Shown: positions 55,191-64,000 of the stretch, in pieces
How positions within the stretch are numbered: the stretch's first letter is position 1
Layout: each line of letters starts with the position of its first letter
Assembly (NCBI RefSeq): GCF_009914755.1
Contig: NC_060928.1
Source of the DNA: the human T2T-CHM13v2.0 reference genome, Homo sapiens
Length of the DNA stretch: 64,000 nt
Direction: 5' to 3' (one strand)
Notes under the pieces: generated by a model
What the model was told of the DNA's origin: nothing
The model's database searches: none
What the model saw: the letters and a program-made list of their open reading frames with translations, nothing else
Program-made: the position numbers and the translations under genes

Positions 55191-55719
55191 TGTTTTACTG
55201 GGTAACCTGTGTCCACATGATTACAGTTCTTTTTCTGCTTTGGCCCAATCACCACCACACTGAAGTAAAACTACTCTGCTATTATTTGTAATAAAATCTA
55301 TGCCCCTCCCAACATAGGCTTGTGCTCTCAATTTACTACTGATTATAATGGCCATCTAGACTGGAACCACTTAGGCCCTTGATAGCTACCACCTTATTCC
55401 AATTTACTGTCTCCTATGCAGCTGTAACAGCCTCTTAACTGATTCCTCTCCTTTAACTGTTGTTCCACTTCTCTTTACGTGAAGTAGCTCTCTGATATTT
55501 TAAAAATACAATCAGATAGCATCACTTCCTTATTCAAAACCTTCTAGTGGACTCTCATCACCCTTAGAATAAAATCCCAATTAATGACCAAGCCCTAATG
55601 ATTTAGACTTTAATACTTCTTGAGCTTGATTTCTATCACTCCCTCCCAACACTGTCTCTTGTTTCTCCAATGTGCCCATAGTTCATCCCCTCTGGAGGGC
55701 ATTATCTTGCTGTTTCTTT

Positions 55720-55934
55720 TCTTTTCTTTTACTTTTTTTTAGAGACAGGGTCTCATTCTGTCACCCAGGCTGGAGTGCAGTGGTGCAATCCCTGCTCACT
55801 GAAACCTCTGCCTCCCAAGTTCAAGCAATTCTCCTGCCTCAGCCTCCCAAGTAGCTGGAAGACATGTACAACCATTCCTGGAAAATTTTTGTATTTTTAG
55901 TAGAGATGGAGAGTCACCATGTTGGCCAGGCTGG
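55720..55934 (-). mobile_element. 5'-truncated Alu
   Basis: agagacagggtctcattctgtcacccagg...catgttggccaggctgg; flanked by gctgttt. Confidence 0.88.
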
Positions 55935-56206
55935 GCTGTTTATTCTCTATTGAACTTTTTTCTGCAGATTATTTTTTCATTGCTCATTTGCTCTGCTCAT
56001 TCAAGTCCAGGCTCTGCTATTACTGCTTCAGAGATTCTTTTGCTAATCACACTGTATATGTAATAAATCATCACCTAGCCCCATATACACTTTACACACT
56101 TTACTTTTATCTCCTTATCTTTCTTTATTTTTCTTACTAGTAGTTCTAAATACCCCAAACTAGTTATTTGTTGTATAACTCTACACATTAGAAAACGAGG
56201 GCAGTT

Positions 56207-56502
<296 letters not shown>

Positions 56503-57421
56503 AGAAAATGAGGGCAGTTAAAAAATAAGCTTGTGTCTCCAAGTCACTTCTTTAGCCCCATTACCTAGCATCTAGTAGGGTCTCAATAAATAGTTGTGAA
56601 ATGAGTAAATAAATTGAACATTCTTTGGCATAGAAGCCCAGCCTAAGTCTCTTAAGAGCCTGTATCAAAAGACGAAGTGAGTAAAATGATCTTGGTTGTA
56701 TTTTAAATTACCCCTTCCTTATGATCACACACTGTGCCTTCTTATTTATTCCTTTTCAAAAGAATTTTAGTGTCTCTTGAGAACACTGACCTGGAGGTTA
56801 AGAAGCATCCATTGCATAAAGGTATTTGTTTCAGGGGTTAAAGGAATATTCATGCAAATTGAGCTTTACTTCTTGTGCTGCTAGCCTGTCATATTTTACC
56901 AAACCATAAAAGGAGATTATAAAAGACATACAGCAAAGTCCTTATTCTAAAATTCTTGCTCTAACTGTACAAAGAAAAATGAAAACTTTCTCACGAGCCA
57001 GAATAATTGTTCTTCCAACTAATTTAACAGGAATTTAATAAAGATACTTAAGTATTGTTTTCCCAACTGGGGCCAAAATACATTCCAAAAATATAAATCA
57101 CCTAAGATCATTTTGTTTGAGGGTTTCTTGCACTGAATGATCCAAACAGATCACAGCATCATTGAATAGCATGGAAGGGAGGGTTTATATACATGTTAGA
57201 CATAAGCATGCAGGAAAACTTAAGGATGAGGGAGATTTTCCAAGGGGTTGGTCATATATAACATGAAAAACATCAATAGAATATGCCTAGCATAGACTAG
57301 CTGTTCAACAAATATTTGTTGAATAAATAAGAGATAGAATAAAAAATACTTTAACTCACTTTTCCTCTTTGAAACATTTGAAAAGCTGTAGTTTATTGAA
57401 AATACTGAGTCTGGAAGCTCA

Positions 57422-57425
<4 letters not shown>

Positions 57426-57462
<37 letters not shown>
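57426..57462. repeat. Pure T37 homopolymer
   Basis: Read directly; flanked by cacaaa on both sides. Confidence 0.95.
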
Positions 57463-59215
57463 CACAAAATCCAAGAGTCTATTTTAATTCTCCACCATTT
57501 CAACCTAATAGATGCCTCCTTGAAATAATCTCTTCATTTGTTATTCTGACACTGCACAAACCTGAGTCCCTTTTCAGTTTTTGTGTTTTCTTCCTACTCT
57601 ATCCCTTTTGATTTCTTCTCTCCCTCCTACTATCCCATATGTCTAAGATTCTCTATGGCCATGTATTTACCCATGACCCTTTAAGTTCACTTTCCCAGAG
57701 TGTTCATACATTTTCATAGCTTTAAATATTTCCTCTATGCTGATGACTCAAATAGCATTTCCAGTCCTCACTATTCAATGATGCTTCAGTTCCAAGACTC
57801 AAAAATCCTGCTGCCAAATTTCTGATTCCAAAGAAAAATGTTTTTCAAGAATTTGCAGTGAGTCCACTTTGCCCCCAAGTGATATTTACGCAAGGACGCT
57901 TAGAATTTACAGCGTGTTTCTTTACTTGTTTTTCCCAGTATGAACCCTGACTTACCAACGCCTTCTCCACAGCCATGTCCATGGTTTCATGAAGCTATTT
58001 TTCCTTCTCAGAAAACCTCCTACTCTTCACTAAATACACAAATCCAGCAGACTTTTAAAATGCCAGGTCCAATGGATGATTTGCTGTTTAAGCCAGGGAA
58101 AAAGAAAACCAAAAAAGCAAAACATGGGGCATGGAAGGAGGAGAATTTGTTTTCTATTTCAGTGGGTGACCCCAAGAAAAACTTCTCCCTAGGCCTTAGT
58201 TTTAACAGCACAAGGTATTGTGGGAGTTAATTACATGGTCATGTTCAGTTTTATTAGCTCTTTTTTATCTGAATATAAATATTCACTTAGAATAATTTGC
58301 CTTTTCCCCCCATTACACTCTATGTACAATCTTACTATTTTCCAACCTTAGCAATTCACCTGTTCTCCATAGGTTTTACTAGTGGAGATGGAAATACTCA
58401 CAATAAAAGTCTACATGATTATGACACTCTTACTTATAAGAACTCACCTACAAATGCTCAAGTTAAATTAAAAAAAATCTTTATATGTTACCAAAAATAA
58501 AAATAAAAATCTATCCATCACATGAAAAAACTAAAATACATTTTTTAGATAATTATTGGCTTAGTAAACTTAAAGCATCTAGAAATGAAATATTATTTTC
58601 TTCTAGCAAAAGAATTAAAATAACAAATGCTGTTTTGACATTTTTGTCATCTAAACCAAAACAAAGATTTGAAGCTAAGCTTTGTTGGCCCACATCTCTA
58701 GCCACTGATGTGATCAGTAGGTGATCACTTTCCTCAGATTTGATTGATCATTATACAATGTTAAATATTCTAGTTGTTTCTAAGAAAAAATATCTCCTAG
58801 GGATGAAAAACTACCTAATTTTATAAAACTTGATTTAGATAGAAAAAGCCCTCTTCTCAGTAAGGAAGCAGTGGCTGTTAGTCTTCTTATGGTAGGGTTT
58901 TCTCTTGATAGAAAAAGCACACTTAACGTCAGGCCAGGCCACTGCTCATTGTGGTTAGGTTACATTATACCACATATATCGACCCCCTTGTACTATAAGG
59001 ACTACATCACTGTAGAGGAAACCTGGAATTAAAACTGTGTGTCTGCATGTGAGAGAGAGGAATAAAGAGAATATGTGTGCATTGTGTAAATGTGTGTAAA
59101 CATGCTATTCTATTCAAATGCAAATGGAACTAAAAATAAATTCATGGGTGGCAGAGTGAGTGGAGTATGAGTTCTTAACTGTCAACAAACTCAAAGGCTT
59201 TGAGAGTTCTGAACA

Positions 59216-59956
59216 TGTTAGTGAGAGCAGTGGAAGGAAGAAACTGGTCAAGCAGGCAGTTAGGGTGGGTCCTTGGTAAAACTCCTTCAAACCAAGAATA
59301 GCCTGAAAGTCAAACTGCGAGCCCCAGATAAGGAGCCTGTGTCCTTGAATGGAAACGCTTACTCTGTGAACACAGATGAACAAATTCCACTTCTGTTTTA
59401 GACACATTTCTGTCTCCTTGATCTGCCTTAGTCTCCTGCTTTTCACCTATTTTACATACACCTACCTTTCTGTGATTGGCTGCTGAGAGAATCTTCATTT
59501 ACATAGGGTGAATCATCACTCCAGCCCCTGATTGGTCCTGGGCCAAGGTCCCAGCCAAGCCTTCATTACAGCCCCTGACTGGTCCTAGGCCGAAGTCTTG
59601 GGCCAAGCCTTTACCTCTGCTTCCAACTGGTTCTTTTCACTATCATACCTCTTTCTGAGAGGTGCTTTCTCCAAGATGGCCTTCAGACCAGTCAGCACAT
59701 TCCTCCCTCTTCCCAGTCCATAAAAACCCCTGGACTCAGCTTCATAGCTTGCAACCCTCTTTCGGGTCCCCTCTCTTTGCTGAGAGCTTTTCTGTTCCCT
59801 AATGAATCTAACTCTGCCTTGCTCACTGTCCATTGTCTGCATGCCTTAGTCTTCTTTGTCATGGGACGAGAACCCAGAGCTCACTGGTGGTAAGAGTGAA
59901 AGAGCTGCAACGCTCCCTCCCACTCGCAGAACAACAGGAGTGAAAAAGCTGTAACA
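59216..59956 (+). mobile_element. ERV1-class solo LTR (MER50/MER51-group-like)
   Basis: tgtta...gaaaaagctgtaaca; ccataaaaacccctggactcagc (TATA-like); gcaaccctctttcgggtcccctctctttgctgagagcttt; several ATTGG boxes; exact family uncertain and no clear TSD. Confidence 0.8.
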
Positions 59957-61954
59957 CTGACACTGAGAAATGCAGCACATTTAATTTTAAGAGATAATAT
60001 CCATATCGATTTTCCCAAAAAATTCAGGAAATATCTAGACATAGAAAAGCATTACCTATCTGGGACTAAAGAAGTCAATATTTTCAATGTCAATAAATAG
60101 AAAACAAAAAAATAAGATGCCATAAAGAGTTTCAGCTATTGCTTCCAAAACTGAGATGTCTTATGTAATGAATTTACTTAATAATCTCAAATCACTGGTC
60201 ATAAACACAAAACTGTTTTTTTTTTCAGTAACTGTCCACATCTATGCAATATTGAAGCTCATATTATTGGTGGATAAAAACTATATTTGTTAATAATTCT
60301 TTGGCCCAATCTCCTTATGTTCATTCACTTTCAATTATTCAGTCTCATCTTAGTTTTTACTTATCTCTATTCATTTAAAAAATTTATTTCATATTCTAAA
60401 ATATATTCTTTTTTCCTTCAGTTAAATATGAGCTGAAGTTCTAATGGCTGCAAGATAGGATGGGTTTGATGTGACTCTCACACTTCTTCCTGTCTTCTTT
60501 TCTTGATACCAGCTTCTCAGTTATTGATGAGGGGAGAAGGAGAAGGAAAACACAGATCCTTTCTTATCTGACAGCTGCAACACACCACTCTCTCTCCCCA
60601 CCCACTGCCCATCCCCACTGTTCTAGTATTTTGTTTACAGGTTCAATGTAGAGATATGGCAGCTCACTCTGAGCAGTGGCCTTGGGCATTGGTAGTTTCT
60701 TGAGAGTTTACCTGTTATTCCAGCAGAATTCCAGGATGTATATGGTCTCAAGTAACAAATCCTCTCTGCAGCAGTCTCAACAAAACTGAATCCTGATTGC
60801 ATCCATCCTAGGGTTAATTCTAGGGTGGGCACCCGCAGGATCCTATCCCACACTGCCTGGGAAGTGAGAGTGTGGCCTCTGCCCAGGGCCCCTCTGCTGG
60901 GCCTCTCCCAGCATGCTCTCCCACAGTTTGCTTCTCTACTGTTTCATTAGCACAAGGCATGCTTACAACCAGAGTTCCAAAAATGTAACACAGTAAGTTT
61001 TACTTTCCTGGGTCTTCCCTCCAATTACTTAGCTTGGGAAAAATAAAGCAGCTGCTAGATTTCAAGAGACTAGGGTTACATCTTTGTACTGGGTAGCACT
61101 GAAGAAATTAGGTAACGTTTTGTTTTCATTCATAAAGACAGAGTTTTCAAGCTGACAAAAAATCTTTCTCTTCTTTTTTATCTACTTTGTCCTGTAAAGT
61201 TTCCATGACTTATTATATAAGACAATTTATAACTCCTGGTATCTTAGCATTTTTACAGCCGAGAAAGGCAGAACTGTGCACTTCGCGCAAGACAATAGGA
61301 CTTGAAGCTCAGCAGGCATGTGATTTTGTAATAATGTCTAAGGAACAAATAGTTTTCAACTCTTCATGTTTATAGTGATGATTCCAGGCAGTTGTATTAG
61401 TTGATTTTTTTTAGTCTGTTTTTGAAAAGTTTAGTCTTGAGGTTTGATTCCTGAGAGAGAAAAAAGTACTTTATGCATCTTGAAGCAGGATGGCATTAAA
61501 TTTCCTACTTCCTTCTCATTGTTTAGTTTAGCTGGTCAACACTCAGGGCTAACTGTGAATTGCCTTGGGAGTTTTAGGGAGGTTAACTATTGGGTTTCAT
61601 CTCTAACTTCATGTAAAGCATCTGCAAATAATCAAGATACAGAAAGAAGCTCAGAATGGAGGCAGCCTTCGGGATTTGATTTAGCTAAACCTTCCTGTGA
61701 GCCACATTTCTTTGTTTACATACATTCCTGCTCTGAAAGCCAACTTCCTGTCATAAAGCTGCATACCAAATTTGAGTATTTAGAAAACAGTGTGGCTCAA
61801 ACCATTATAACTCTGGAAACAGACTTCAAATAATTATTATTTTTAAAGGTTATGCTATAAAATGCAGCACCTCATTCTAACCTTCACAATTTAAATTATT
61901 TTCATATAACCGCACACATTTTTAGCACACATAGAGAGACAGAGAAAGTGAGTA

Positions 61955-61956
<2 letters not shown>

Positions 61957-61989
<33 letters not shown>
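61957..61989. repeat. (GA)n microsatellite
   Basis: About 16 GA units. Confidence 0.95.
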
Positions 61990-61991
<2 letters not shown>

Positions 61992-62499
61992 CAGTGCTAT
62001 TCTCTGCACAAAAAAATCTCTCTCAGGATAGACCTTGTTTGGAGACACCAATGAGACAGTACAAAGACTGAAAAGGAATGGAATGTATTTTTCAAAAGTG
62101 ATAAATCCTTGAGAGAAGACACAATGTATGACCAATCCCATATGGTATAAATTTCAGCACTACAAGTTTCTCAGATAATTCAGATGTCATGGTTCCTTTG
62201 GCTCCTTCAATGTATTTTCGTTTTATCAGTTATTTTCCACTTTCTAGATCTTCTATATCTCTCTTCTTTTTCAAAATATTACTCAATACTTCCTTACCTG
62301 CTTTATCCTGATATTTCATTCTCTCTCCCAACAAATCTCTTCTTTTTCCTCCATGATACCTGTTTTTAGCATATGCTCTAGGTCCGTAGTTACACTCCTC
62401 CTATTCTAGCCTGCTACCGTCCAAGATAGAATTCATAAGGCTCAGTTTCAAGCCTATGACTAGATCTTATTAGATTTAATTAAATCAAACCTCAACTAC

Positions 62500-62860
62500 C
62501 ACCCAGAAGTTGTAGTTTGCAAGGTCATTGATGAACTGCCTGTTATTAAGTCAAAGAACAACGGGCAGTTTTCACCGTGTATTTATTATACTTTCTGTAG
62601 AATTTGGATCTGTTTGCAGCACTCTCCTTGAAAACTTATCCTTCCTCAGTCTCTATGACATTGTTGTTTCTGGGTTAATCATCATTGTGGGCTCCACTTC
62701 TTCCATCAGACTTTAAATCTTGGGGTTTTCTAGGATATCATTTTTAGATGTTGTTTTCTTTCTAAGCTGCACATATTTTCTATTTCTCTTCCATAGGTAG
62801 ATGATGATTCCCAAATCTACATATATAGCCTGTGGTTTTCTCTCACTTTTTGTATCCTTT
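62500..62860 (+). mobile_element. L2 remnant
   Basis: gcactctccttgaaaacttatccttcctcagtctctatgaca...gatgattcccaaatctacatatatagcc. Confidence 0.7.
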
Positions 62861-62929
62861 TAGTGACGAATTCCTACCAATCTTACCTACAAATCTCACT
62901 TGGATCTATGATTTATCTCTATCTTTTAT

Positions 62930-63499
<570 letters not shown>

Positions 63500-64000
63500 T
63501 AACAGGTTTCTGTGCCATCTTGGCTGTTGTATAATTAAGCTGCAAAACAGTCGGACTGATCTTCCTAAAGTGTCATATAATCTTTTTGATGCATAAAATT
63601 CTAGGAATGCTCTCATTAATTTCACAATATAACCCTGATGGGCCACATTCTACCTGATATGATTTTTGCCAAACTCTTGAATCTAATCTATTCACACAGA
63701 AGAGAATGGAGTACATCACATTCTCCTTCAAATTTCAACCAGCAATTATGATCCTATATATCCAACTTCTTCGTAATAGAATTATTTTCCCTTTAACAAA
63801 AATTTCTACGTAACTATTTCTTAAGCTGCACTGTAAACAAATAGGCAAGATCAAAATGAGATCTAATAATTTTTGTAGGGGCAGCCAAGTCATATACCGA
63901 GGCAGAAAACTTAAAATGCAAATATCATCACACAATAGCTATGCATGGCCACCTATCATTTATATTCTTTATTTGTCGGACCTCCTTTACATTTTGTTCC

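Overview
AT-rich, repeat-dense non-coding primate DNA, almost certainly human because it carries a near-consensus AluYb8. It is intronic or intergenic; I cannot name the locus. I recognise no intact protein-coding gene, RNA gene or CRISPR array, and the ORF track consists of repeat-derived or random ORFs. Contents: about 20 Alus; L1 fragments of several ages, including a 5'-intact but internally deleted, 3'-truncated old L1P; solo LTRs (THE1, LTR47-like, HERV-W LTR17, MLT2A2, MLT1 types, ERV1-type); an apparently full-length Tigger4/Zombi DNA transposon with a nested MER30; and MER47, MER81, MIR and L2 remnants. The best non-obvious signals are a short L1PA insertion with an apparent 59-nt 3' transduction inside a 17-bp TSD, a young AluYb8, a hairpin-containing 146-bp duplication that rewrote part of an old L1, a perfect 17-bp-arm inverted repeat, and a dense bHLH/SOX/POU motif cluster in unique DNA. 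I do not see evidence for a new multi-component biological system. All repeat-family names come from remembered consensus sequences, not from a search.
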